This document shows positions 19,700-29,028 of a DNA stretch of 64,000 bases, piece after piece; the first letter of the stretch is position 1, and every line of letters starts with the position of its first letter. The translations under genes and the position numbers were made by a program. This DNA is from an uncultured Acidobacteriota bacterium (GTDB lineage: Bacteria; Acidobacteriota; Thermoanaerobaculia; UBA5066). Below the pieces are notes generated by a model that saw only the letters and a program-made list of their open reading frames with translations, was not told where the DNA came from and made no database searches. The stretch is from contig CAVZYA010000001.1 of assembly GCA_963779415.1 (NCBI GenBank), positions 1,728,001 to 1,792,000 on the forward strand, in the 5' to 3' direction.

Positions 19700-19746
19700 G
19701 TGGTCTTAGCAGAAATCAGCGGACAGATCCGTAGCAGCCGTCGCGC

Positions 19747-19924
19747 TGTGGACAAGTGGAAATGGGTGCCCTGGGTTCCTCCGGCGGTAGATTTGAGGTG
19801 AGAACAACAAGTCTGCCGAAAGGAGGGAACCGTGAGCACGCGCGAAAAGCTCATCAGGGCCCGGATGGGGATGCTGGCGCTGGCCGAAGAGCTCTCGAAC
19901 GTGTCGAGAGCGTGCCGAAGGGCC
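19747..19924 (+). mobile_element. IS481-family left-end remnant
   Basis: TGT terminus at 19747, AGGAGG RBS, GTG at 19832 giving VSTREKLIRARMGMLALAEELSNVSRACRRA, then truncated. Confidence 0.75.
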
Positions 19925-20110
19925 CTCCCGCCGGGTAGTCAGCCCGGGTGAGCTGGTATAGGGGGTCGAAGTAATACTTCGAAAGCGCCCCGTTCAGCCC
20001 CTGCGGCGGGACAGTCGCGGTCATTGACGTCCGTTGCCCGAGCATCGTGCTCTGGCCCGTCTGGTTGTTGACGTCGTAGCCGTAGGCGAAGCTCGCCAGG
20101 GTCGTTCCGG
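19915..20110 (-). pseudogene. RHS/YD-repeat protein internal fragment
   Basis: TTLASFAYGYD..GQRTSMT..YYFDPLYQLTRADYP. Confidence 0.7.
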
Positions 20111-20184
20111 AAGACTGTGTTGAAGTCGTGGAAGTCGCGTCCGGCGGCACCGAGGATGACGACGCGACGCACCGTGTAAGCCAT
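20095..20184 (-). pseudogene. Displaced 5' end of the COG2403 gene (contains the right 29-bp repeat, 20117-20145)
   Basis: GGAGG RBS plus MAYTVRRVVILGAAGRDFHDFNTVFRNDP, 11 bp after the fbp stop. Confidence 0.85.
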
Positions 20185-20195
20185 GAAAACCTCCG

Positions 20196-21239
20196 TCAGA
20201 TTCTCGCGAGGGAGTATGCCTTCGGCTCCGCCACCATGTCGTTCAGACGCGTCACATCGGCTTTCGATCCGATGAAGATCGGCGTTCGCTGGTGGTTCCT
20301 CTCCGGGAGGAGGTCGAGGATCCGTCCGTGGCCGTCGCTCGCCGCGCCGCCGGCCGCTTCCGAGACCGCAGCGAGCGGCGCCGCTTCGTACATGAGGCGG
20401 ATCTTCCCTTTGGGCCTCGTGTACGTCGCGGGGTACATGTAGATCCCCCCCTTGAGGAGGATCCGGTGGAAGTCCGAGACGAGGGCGCCCGAGTAGCGGG
20501 TCGAGTAGGGGCGTCCCGTCTCCGGGTCCCGCTGCTGGACCCATTCGACGAAGAGCCGTGCCCCTTCCTCCCATTCCTGGATCGCCCCTTCGTTCGCGCC
20601 GTAGTACGCCCCTTTTTCGGGGATCCTCACGTCGGGATTCGACAGGAGAAACTCGCCGATTCCCGGATCGAGCGTGAAGATGTGGACGCCCGGGTTCCCC
20701 TCGGCCGTGTAGACGAGCGTCGTCGACGGGCCGTAGGAGAAGTACCCCGCGACGACCTGCTCGCGGGAGATGCGCGCCATCAGCTCGGCTTCCGACGAGA
20801 TCGGGCCGCTCTTCGTCAGACGCCGGACCGAGAAGATCGACCCGACCCCGCCGTTGACGTCCAGATTCGAGGAGCCGTCGAGCGGGTCGAGAAAGACGAT
20901 GTACTTTCCGGCCTGCGTGTTCTCGGGCAGGTGCGCCGGAAGGTCCATCTCCTCCGTCACGATCAGCGGCACGAGCTGCCCGTACGAGAACGCCTCGAGG
21001 AAGACCTCGTTCGCAATGGCGTCCAGCTTCTGCTGCTGCTCTCCCTGCACGTTCATATCGCCCGAGGCCCCGAGGACGTCCATGAGCCCCGACGCCGAGA
21101 GGAGGCGCGAGATCCTCTTCCCCGCGAGGCCGAGCTGCGAGAGAAGGGCGGAGAGCTCGCCGGTGGCCTCCGGAAAGTGCCGCTCCGACTCGAAGAGGTA
21201 CCGGTGGAGCCGCATGCCGACACGGGGATCCCGGCTCAT
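20196..21239 (-). CDS. fbp: Fructose-1,6-bisphosphatase class 1
   Basis: NVQGEQQQKLD, DPLDGSSN, RYSGALVSDFHRIL, GKIRLMYEA. Confidence 0.96.
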   Translation of the reverse strand: MSRDPRVGMRLHRYLFESERHFPEATGELSALLSQLGLAGKRISRLLSASGLMDVLGASGDMNVQGEQQQKLDAIANEVFLEAFSYGQLVPLIVTEEMDLPAHLPENTQAGKYIVFLDPLDGSSNLDVNGGVGSIFSVRRLTKSGPISSEAELMARISREQVVAGYFSYGPSTTLVYTAEGNPGVHIFTLDPGIGEFLLSNPDVRIPEKGAYYGANEGAIQEWEEGARLFVEWVQQRDPETGRPYSTRYSGALVSDFHRILLKGGIYMYPATYTRPKGKIRLMYEAAPLAAVSEAAGGAASDGHGRILDLLPERNHQRTPIFIGSKADVTRLNDMVAEPKAYSLARI

Positions 21240-22231
21240 GAGACCGCCTTTCCTTCCGCGCTCCGCGCGGCAGCACGCGCCGCGCCGAAAAGCGCGCACG
21301 CGTCGTTCAGGACGACCCGGACCGGAATTCGCGAAAGGAGGGGCGCGAGCCGCCCCTTGTCACGGAAGGCTCCGAAGAACGTCCCGTCGAGGAGCTTCGG
21401 AAGGACCTTCGGCGCGATCCCGCCCCCCAGATAGACGCCCGCCGTCGCCATCACCTTGAGCGCCAGATTACCCGCCTCCGCCCCCCAGATCGACATCCAG
21501 TGATCGAGAGCCCGGGCGGCCACCGGATCGGTCCCGGCGATCGCGGAGCCGGAGACGGCCGGCGCCGCGTCGCCCTGCCGGACGATCTCCTCCGCGAGAA
21601 AGGCGGGCTCGGGCACTCCCGAGCGCTCGCGTTCGAACCGGTAGACGGCGGCAAGGCCCGGCCCGGAGACGACGCGCTCGACGGACACGTGCGGTAACCC
21701 CCTCTGGAAGTGCCGAAGGAGATCGACCTCCCACGGCGTTCGCGGCGCGAAGCTCGCGTGTCCTCCCTCGGAAGGAAGCGCCCGCCAACTTCTCCCCTCG
21801 CGGACGAGGAACCCTTCTCCGAGACCGGTACCGGGCGAGATCAGCGCGGCGCACCCCTCGGGGTCTTCGTCTCCACGGTTGACGACGGCGAAGTCGTCCG
21901 GCCCGAGCTCGGCGAGACCGAGGCCGTTTGCGACGAGATCGTTGAGGAGGACGACACCGGGGAGACCGAGACCGGCCGCGAGGCCGGAAGCGTCCACCAC
22001 CCACGGAAGGTTCGTCGCTTCGCAGCGCGCCTTCCGGACCGGGCCCGCAACGCCGAAGCCCGCGGCACGGAAGTCACGCCGCGAGCCGACGTAGTGCCGG
22101 ACCGCGTCGCCGAGGCTCCCGAAGTCGCGGCTCCGGAGCTTCGCCTCGTCGCGCCGGACCAGGCGATCCCCCTCGACGGAGAAGAGCGCGAGACGGAGAT
22201 TCGTACCGCCGACGTCGCCGGCCAGGATCAC
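21236..22231 (-). CDS. glk: Glucokinase
   Basis: AGDVGGTN, GVAGPV, TNLPW, PGTGLG, SEGGH, GGIAPK. Confidence 0.96.
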   Translation of the reverse strand: MILAGDVGGTNLRLALFSVEGDRLVRRDEAKLRSRDFGSLGDAVRHYVGSRRDFRAAGFGVAGPVRKARCEATNLPWVVDASGLAAGLGLPGVVLLNDLVANGLGLAELGPDDFAVVNRGDEDPEGCAALISPGTGLGEGFLVREGRSWRALPSEGGHASFAPRTPWEVDLLRHFQRGLPHVSVERVVSGPGLAAVYRFERERSGVPEPAFLAEEIVRQGDAAPAVSGSAIAGTDPVAARALDHWMSIWGAEAGNLALKVMATAGVYLGGGIAPKVLPKLLDGTFFGAFRDKGRLAPLLSRIPVRVVLNDACALFGAARAAARSAEGKAVS

Positions 22232-22244
22232 GTCGTCCTCCGTC

Positions 22245-23747
22245 CTAGGGACGCCGCCAGCGGCGGCCGTCGCGCGCGAGGAGGGCCACGGCGGCCTCGG
22301 GACCCCAGGTCCCCGCGTCGTAGTTCGGGTGGTCCGCCGGCGGGTTGTCGCGCCAGGCGTCGAGAACGGGCGTCACGAGCTCCCACGCCGCCTCCACCTC
22401 GTCGCGCCGCGCGAAGAGGGTCGAATCGCCGTTCAGGGCGTCCATCAGGAGCCTCTCGTACGCCTCGGGCTGCGACGTGCCGAAGAACTCCGAGTACTTG
22501 AAGTTCATCGTCACGGTGTCGATCTTCATCGACGTTCCCGGCTGCTTCGCGCCGAACTTCAGCGCGATTCCCTCGTCCGGCTGGATCCGGAGAATCAGCG
22601 TGTTCGGCTCCTGCCGCGCCATCCCCGTCTTCCGGAAGAACGCGATCGGCGGCGTCCGGAACTGGATCGCGATCTCCGTGACGCGCCTCGGCATCCGCTT
22701 TCCGGCGCGGAGGTAGAACGGCACGCCCGCCCAGCGCCAGTTCTCCACCTGCACTTTCCACGCGGCATAGGTCTCCCGGAGCGACATCGGGTGGACGTCC
22801 TTCTCGCTCCGGTACCCGGAGACCGGCTGCCCGGCGATCGCGCCCGGACCGTACTGCCCGCGCACCGTGTCCGCGAGGATCTCCTCCGGCGTCTGCGGCC
22901 GGATCGACCGGAGGACCTTCACCTTCTCGTCGCGGACCGCGTTCGGCTCGAAGGCCACCGGAGGCTCCATCGCGACGAGGCAGAGGAGCTGGAGGGCGTG
23001 GTTCTGGATGATGTCGCGGAGGATCCCCGCCTCCTCGTAGAACTTCCCGCGCCCCTCGACGCCGATCGACTCGGCCACCGTGATCTGGACGTGGTCGACG
23101 TACCGCCGGTTCCAGAGCGGCTCGAAGAGGCCGTTCCCGAGGCGGAAGACGAGGATGTTCTGCGTCGTCTCCTTCCCGAGGTAGTGGTCGATCCGGAAGA
23201 CCTGCCGCTCGCGGAAGACGGAGGCGATCTCGTCGTTCAGGGCGTGTGCGGTCGCGAGGTCCTGTCCGAACGGCTTCTCGACGATGACACGCGACCACGG
23301 GCCGTGGTCGACCGGGCGGACGAGGCCCGCCTCGCCGAGATCCCGGACGGCGGCGCCGATCGCCGACGGAGGAATGGCGAGGTAGTAGAGGCGGTTTCCC
23401 GCGAGGCCGCGTGCCTCCTCGAGCGTCTGAAGTCGCTCCTTCAGCTCGGCGAACCTCTTCGGGGCGTTCAGGTCCCCCCGGAAGAAGAAGAGGCGCGAGG
23501 CGAACGCGTCCCATTCGGCGCTCTCCACCGGTTTCGTCCGGGCGAATTCCGAGACCGCCGCTTTCATCTCGGCCCGGTAGGTCTCGTCCGATTTCCCGGT
23601 TCTCGCGTACCCGACGATCGCGGTCTCCGGGGGGAGCTGCTTCTCCCGGTGAAGCGCGAAGAGGGCCGGGACGAGCTTCCGCTTCGAGAGGTCCCCGGAG
23701 CCTCCGAAGATGACGATCGTCGCCGGGCCGGGAGGGGCGCCGCTCAT
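22245..23747 (-). CDS. zwf: Glucose-6-phosphate 1-dehydrogenase
   Basis: GGSGDL, EKPFG, RIDHYLGKE, RWAGVPFYLR. Confidence 0.97.
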   Translation of the reverse strand: MSGAPPGPATIVIFGGSGDLSKRKLVPALFALHREKQLPPETAIVGYARTGKSDETYRAEMKAAVSEFARTKPVESAEWDAFASRLFFFRGDLNAPKRFAELKERLQTLEEARGLAGNRLYYLAIPPSAIGAAVRDLGEAGLVRPVDHGPWSRVIVEKPFGQDLATAHALNDEIASVFRERQVFRIDHYLGKETTQNILVFRLGNGLFEPLWNRRYVDHVQITVAESIGVEGRGKFYEEAGILRDIIQNHALQLLCLVAMEPPVAFEPNAVRDEKVKVLRSIRPQTPEEILADTVRGQYGPGAIAGQPVSGYRSEKDVHPMSLRETYAAWKVQVENWRWAGVPFYLRAGKRMPRRVTEIAIQFRTPPIAFFRKTGMARQEPNTLILRIQPDEGIALKFGAKQPGTSMKIDTVTMNFKYSEFFGTSQPEAYERLLMDALNGDSTLFARRDEVEAAWELVTPVLDAWRDNPPADHPNYDAGTWGPEAAVALLARDGRRWRRP

Positions 23748-25675
23748 CCCGCGAGCTCGAGGACGGCGGCGGCGATCGACGCTCCGTCGAGCCCCATCCT
23801 CCGGTAAAGCTCCTTCGCCGGCCCCGACGACGCGTAGGCCGTCACTCCGAGCTTTCGGACGCGGGGGGCGATGCCGAGTTCCGAGAGGCGGACCTGGAGC
23901 CACGTTCCGAGCCCCGTCTTCGGGTTGTGGTCCTCGACGGTGACGATCTTCCCGTGGCGCGCGGCGAAACTAACGTCCTCGTCGGAAAGGTCGCTCCAGC
24001 AGGCGACCGAGACGAGGTCCGGGGCCTTTCCCTCCTTCGCAAGGAGGTTCCAGGCGTCGAGCGCGTAAGGGAGCATGTTTCCCGCGCAGACGATCGTCGC
24101 CTTGGCCCCCGGGCGGATCCGGTCGGCCTTCGTCGGGTGAAAAGCGTAGGCGCCCGCGAAAAAGGGCGATCCGTCCTCGCGCGCGATCACGGGGACCTTC
24201 GACCGCCCCATGACGATCGCGTGATTCCCCCGGTGCGCCGCCATCCACCGGACGATTCGGTCCGTCTGATTCGGGTCGGCCGGCGTCAACACCTTCCAGC
24301 CGAACGTCGAGTTCAGAAGGCCGAAGTAGTCGATGGAGTGGTGCGTCTTGCCGTCCTCGCCGACGTCGATCCCCGCGTGCGTCACGGCGAGCTTCACGTT
24401 CGCCTCGTTGACGTCGTTCAGACGCTGCTGGTTGTACGTTTCCGCCACGCCGAACATCGCGAAGTCGCCCCAAAAGGCCAGAACGCCCGAGAGCGAGAGC
24501 GCCCCCGTGACGACGGCGGCGTTGTGCTCGGCGATGCCGCCCTGGAAAAAGCCCGTCGGGTGCTTCGCCGCGAAGAGGTCCGTCTTCGTCGACTTCAGAA
24601 GGTCGCAGTCGAGAACGGTCATCGGAACCTTCGCCGCCAGAGCGGCGTCGCCGACTTCCTGGAGCGCCTGGCCGAAGGCCGTCCGGTTGTCCGTGGAGGC
24701 ATCCGTTCCGTAGGTTCGCGGGGCTCCCGCGTCGGGAAGGACGACGCTCTCGGAGGGACGCGCCGGGAGGGCGGCATGCCAGTCGGGAGCGGGTTTCTTC
24801 CGCTCGGCGATCCAGTGGTCGAGATCGTCGGAGAGGCCGAGGATCGCGAGCGCCTCGCGGCACTTCTCGACGGAGAGGGCCGCGCCGTGCCACTTGTACC
24901 CCTCCTTCTCCATGAAGGGGATCCCCTTCGACATGACCGTGTGGCAGGCGACGAGCGTCGGCTTCGCCGCGCAGAGCGCGGCACGGACCGCCCGGTAGAC
25001 GGCGCGGACGTCGTGTCCGTCCACCTCGACGACTTCCCAGCCGTCCGCCCTCCAGCCGGAGAGGATGTGCTGCGGCATGATGTCGGCGTTGGTGCCGGAG
25101 AGCTGGATCCGGTTCCAGTCGAGGAGGGCGACGAGGTTCGATAGGCCGTATTTGGCCGCGAAACGCCGCGCCTCGGCGAGCTGCCCCTTCTGCTGCTCGC
25201 CGTCCCCCATGGCGCAGAAGACTTTCGCGCCGGTTCCCTGGATCTTCGCCGACAAGGCGAAGCCGACGGCGGCCGAGAGTCCCTGTCCGAGGTTCCCCGT
25301 TCCCCACTCGATTCCGGGAACGTCGCGCTCGACGTGCCCCTCGAAAGGCGCTCCCGCGCGACGGAAGCCGAGGAGCGGAAGCGCGACGTCGAAGTACCCG
25401 AGCCTCGCGAGCGCGGCATACGCCGCGGGCGAGGTGTGCCCGTGCGAGATGACGATGCGGTCCCGGCCCCGACGGAAGGGATTCTTCGGATCGCAGCTCG
25501 CGAAGCCCCAGAGGACGAGCTCGAAGTCGATAGAGGACATCGACCCCCCCGGATGGCCGGAGGCGGCGAGCGTCGTCATTTTCAGGATGTCGCCGCGGCA
25601 GAGCCGGCCGAGCTCTCCGAGGCGGGCGGCCTGTGCGTCGGAGAGCTCCTCCGGGACGAAGTCGCCGAGAATCAC
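23744..25675 (-). CDS. tkt: Transketolase
   Basis: SGHPGG, GDGEQQKG, IAEHN, GEDGKTH; GTG start overlaps the tal stop. Confidence 0.94.
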   Translation of the reverse strand: MILGDFVPEELSDAQAARLGELGRLCRGDILKMTTLAASGHPGGSMSSIDFELVLWGFASCDPKNPFRRGRDRIVISHGHTSPAAYAALARLGYFDVALPLLGFRRAGAPFEGHVERDVPGIEWGTGNLGQGLSAAVGFALSAKIQGTGAKVFCAMGDGEQQKGQLAEARRFAAKYGLSNLVALLDWNRIQLSGTNADIMPQHILSGWRADGWEVVEVDGHDVRAVYRAVRAALCAAKPTLVACHTVMSKGIPFMEKEGYKWHGAALSVEKCREALAILGLSDDLDHWIAERKKPAPDWHAALPARPSESVVLPDAGAPRTYGTDASTDNRTAFGQALQEVGDAALAAKVPMTVLDCDLLKSTKTDLFAAKHPTGFFQGGIAEHNAAVVTGALSLSGVLAFWGDFAMFGVAETYNQQRLNDVNEANVKLAVTHAGIDVGEDGKTHHSIDYFGLLNSTFGWKVLTPADPNQTDRIVRWMAAHRGNHAIVMGRSKVPVIAREDGSPFFAGAYAFHPTKADRIRPGAKATIVCAGNMLPYALDAWNLLAKEGKAPDLVSVACWSDLSDEDVSFAARHGKIVTVEDHNPKTGLGTWLQVRLSELGIAPRVRKLGVTAYASSGPAKELYRRMGLDGASIAAAVLELAG

Positions 25676-26817
25676 CTCCGCACCCCCGTCTTCGGCGCCG
25701 CCGCGAGCCGCCGCGCCTCGATCGTGGCGAGGAGGTCGTCGTACGACTTCGAAAAGGAGGCGACGCCGTCCGCCTGGAGCTTCTCCCCGAGCGCCTCGAC
25801 GTCGAGACCGAAGGTCCGGAGGTCGTCGAGGACCTTCCGGGCATCGTCGACCCCTTCGAGAACCGTATCGCCGGAACATCTTCCGTGGTCGAGGAGCGCG
25901 CCGAGCGTCTTCTCCGGCATCGTGTTCACCGTGTCGGGGCCGATCAGGTTCTCGACGTAGAGAAGATCGCTGTACGCGGGGTTCTTCGTCCCGGTCGAGG
26001 CCCAGAGCGGGCGCTGGACGCGCGCCCCCTTTTCCGCGAGCGCGCGGACCTCCGTGCCGCCGAAGATGGAGAGATAGTCCTGATAGACCACCTTCGCGTT
26101 CGCGAGGGCGGCCTTTCCCTTCAGCGACTCGAGCTTCGCCTTCTCCGCTCCGCCGGCCTTCGCGATCCGATCGTCGAGAAGCTTGTCGGCGAGGGTGTCG
26201 ACGCGGGAGACGAAGAACGAGGCGACGGAGGCCACTTTCGACAGATCGCCCCCTTTCGCCGCGAGGTCCCGGAGGCCCCCGATGTAGGCGGCCGCGACGT
26301 CGCGGTAGTGCCTCCGGTTGAACATCAGGGTGACGTTGACCGGAATGCCGCCCCCGATGAGCCGCTGGATCGCCGGAATTCCCTCCGGAGTCGCCGGGAC
26401 CTTGATGAAGACGTTCGGCCGAGAGAGGAGCTTCGAGAGCCGCGTCGCCTCCCGCACCGTCTCCTCCTCGCGGTGCGCGAGCGACGGAAGGACCTCCAGC
26501 GAGATCCAGCCGTCCTCCGGATGGACGGCATGCTGCGCGGCGAAGAGGTCCGCGCCCCGTCCGATGTCGTGCCGTGTCAGCTCGTCGTAGATCGCGAACG
26601 CATCGGCTCCGGCCGCCGCCCTCCGCCCGATCGCCGCGCTGTAGTCTCCCTCGTCCTTCTCGATCGCCTGCCCGAAGATCGTCGGGTTCGAGGTGACGCC
26701 GTAGACGGTCCCCGCCCCGATCCAGCCGGCGAGCCTCCCGGACGTGATCATCCGGTCCGAGATGCTGTCCATCCAGACGGCCTGCCCGCGGCGGCGGTAT
26801 TCGACCGGAACACTCAT
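25672..26817 (-). CDS. tal: Transaldolase
   Basis: GVTSNPTIF, FIKVPAT, NVTLMF, VASFFVSRVD, LWASTGTK. Confidence 0.96.
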   Translation of the reverse strand: MSVPVEYRRRGQAVWMDSISDRMITSGRLAGWIGAGTVYGVTSNPTIFGQAIEKDEGDYSAAIGRRAAAGADAFAIYDELTRHDIGRGADLFAAQHAVHPEDGWISLEVLPSLAHREEETVREATRLSKLLSRPNVFIKVPATPEGIPAIQRLIGGGIPVNVTLMFNRRHYRDVAAAYIGGLRDLAAKGGDLSKVASVASFFVSRVDTLADKLLDDRIAKAGGAEKAKLESLKGKAALANAKVVYQDYLSIFGGTEVRALAEKGARVQRPLWASTGTKNPAYSDLLYVENLIGPDTVNTMPEKTLGALLDHGRCSGDTVLEGVDDARKVLDDLRTFGLDVEALGEKLQADGVASFSKSYDDLLATIEARRLAAAPKTGVRR

Positions 26818-26880
26818 TCGTATCCCTCCTCGCTCCTCGATCCTATTACGCCGGCGGAGCGCCCCGGGGATGCGAAGCCC

Positions 26881-28025
26881 TCACGCGCCGGCGGGCGGAC
26901 CGTAGAGCGGGATCTTCACGCCGAGGAGCTCGAGGCGCGCCACGATGGCGGCGCGCAGTTCGGCGAGCCCCGTTCCCGAAGCCGCCGAAATCCGGATTGC
27001 GTCCGGGTCGCCCGCGACGCCAGACGGGAGGTCCGTCTTGTTGCAGACGGTCAGGACGCGCCGGCGCTCGACCCCCATCTCGTCGAGCACCTCTTCCACC
27101 GCCGTCCGCTGCGCGTCCGCCTGCGGCGAGGCGGCGTCGACGACGTGGACGAGGAGATCGGCCTCTTCGACCTCGGCGAGGGTGGAGCGGAAAGACGCCA
27201 CGAGCTGGTGCGGGAGCTTCCGGAGGAATCCGACCGTGTCGGAGACGACGATCGCCCGTCCGGCCACGCCATGGAGCCGCGCGTGGCGCGGGTCGAGCGT
27301 GGCGAAGAGACGGTCCTCCGCGAACTCCTTCGACGCGCTCAGCCGGTTGAAGAGCGTCGTCTTCCCCGCGTTCGTGTAGCCGACGAGGGCGACGACCGGA
27401 ACCTGCCGGAGGCGCTTCTTCCGCACCTCGCGGGAGCGCTCGATTTTCCGGAGCTCCTCCTTCAGCGTCGCGATCCGTCGGCGGATCTTCCGCCGGTCGA
27501 GCTCGATCTTCCGCTCGCCCGCGCCTCCCCGGAACGCGCCGCCCCCCGCTGCTGCGCGAGGCCGGTCACTCCCCCGGCGAGGCGCGGCAGAAGGTACTCC
27601 ATCTGGGCCAGCTCCACCTGCGTCATCGCCTCCCGCGAGCGCGCCCGCGCCGCGAAGATCTGGAGGATGACGCCGGGGCGGTCGAGGACGCGGGTCGGAA
27701 GGGTCTTCTCCAGGTTCCGCACCTGCGACGGGGAGAGTTCGTCGTCGAAGACCGTCCACCCCGCCCCGAGGTTCCGCCCCAGCTCGGCGAGTTCCTCGAG
27801 CTTCCCTTTTCCGACGAAGGTGGCCGGATCGGGCGACTTCCGCTCCTGAAGAGCGCGCGTGACGACCCTTCCCCCCGCGGTCTCGACCAGCCGTTCCAGC
27901 TCGTCGAGGTGGTCCTCCGCCATCGCCCGGTCGCTCTCCCGGCCGAAGACGCCGACGAGGATCGTCCTGGCGCTCCGGGGCTTCTCGGCCTCGTTGGCTT
28001 GCGGAGAGGCCGGTGACGGTTTCAC
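26881..28025 (-). CDS. hflX: GTPase HflX; frameshift at the C6 run 27542-27547
   Basis: GKGKLEE, IFAARA (ORF 27462-28025); GYTNAGKT, LFATLD, DTVGF, NKTD (ORF 26881-28419). Confidence 0.93.
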
Positions 28026-28053
28026 GCGAAGAGATGCTAGCGTATCGGCTCCG

Positions 28054-29028
28054 ATGGCTTCGCGACGCTTCCTTCCCCCCGACCTTCCGCGCCTTGGCGA
28101 ACACCTCGAAGTCCTTCGCGCCGAGTGGAGCGGCCGGAGGCTCGACTCCGACCCGCTTGCCTTTCCGCACCGCTATGCCGAGTCCGGCGACCGCGAGGTC
28201 GTCGCCTTTCTCGCGGCCTCGCTCGCCTTCGGACGGGTGGCGTCGATCAGGGCCTCGGTCGAGCGCGTCCTCGGGGAAATCGGTCCGCACCCCGCGGCGT
28301 TCCTCGAGTCGTGGGACGAGCGGCCGATCCCGGAGCTCGCGCGCTTCGTCCACCGGTGGGTCACCGGAAAGGACGTCGAAGAGTTTCTTCGAATGGTGAA
28401 GAGAGCGCGGCACGCACACGGCTCTTTGGGCGCGCTTTTCGCGAAGGGAGACGAAGAAGGGAATCTGACCGGGGTTTTCTTGGAAGGTGAAGGACCCTGC
28501 GGCGAGGCCAATCGCCCTGGCGAAGCGGACTACTCGGCGGCCCTTTCTTCCTTTCTAAGAAATCTCCGGGGTCTCTCCCCGGGTCGCGTTCCCCTCTCCC
28601 GCGGTCTCGGCTTCCTTCTCCCGTCCCCCTCTTCGACGTCGGCCCTGAAGCGCCAGCACCTGTTCCTTCGCTGGATGGTCCGGACGGAGGGCTTCGACCT
28701 CGGCCTCTGGAGGGGCGGGCGCTTCTCGCCCGCACGCCTCCTCCTCCCGATGGACACGCACGTCCACCGGATCTCCCGCTACCTCGGGCTGACGCGCCGG
28801 CCCTCCGCCGATCTCGCCGCTTCCCGCGAGGCGACGGGGTTCCTGCGGCGCCTCGATCCCCAAGACCCCGTCGCTTTCGACTGGGCGCTTTCGCGTCTCG
28901 GCATCCTCGCCGAATGCGCGGGCTCCCCGGCGCGCCGCCATTGCCAGCGGTGCGCCATCGCTCCCGTCTGCCGTGAACGGATCGGGCCCTCCCGGCCCCG
29001 GTCCGAGGAGAGAGTCGTTACCGCATGA
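28054..29028 (+). CDS. TIGR02757/DUF2400 family protein
   Basis: DPLAFPHRY, AFGRV, SALKRQHLFLRWMVR, PMDTHV, DPVAFDWAL; Cys-rich C-terminus. Confidence 0.88.
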   Translation: MASRRFLPPDLPRLGEHLEVLRAEWSGRRLDSDPLAFPHRYAESGDREVVAFLAASLAFGRVASIRASVERVLGEIGPHPAAFLESWDERPIPELARFVHRWVTGKDVEEFLRMVKRARHAHGSLGALFAKGDEEGNLTGVFLEGEGPCGEANRPGEADYSAALSSFLRNLRGLSPGRVPLSRGLGFLLPSPSSTSALKRQHLFLRWMVRTEGFDLGLWRGGRFSPARLLLPMDTHVHRISRYLGLTRRPSADLAASREATGFLRRLDPQDPVAFDWALSRLGILAECAGSPARRHCQRCAIAPVCRERIGPSRPRSEERVVTA

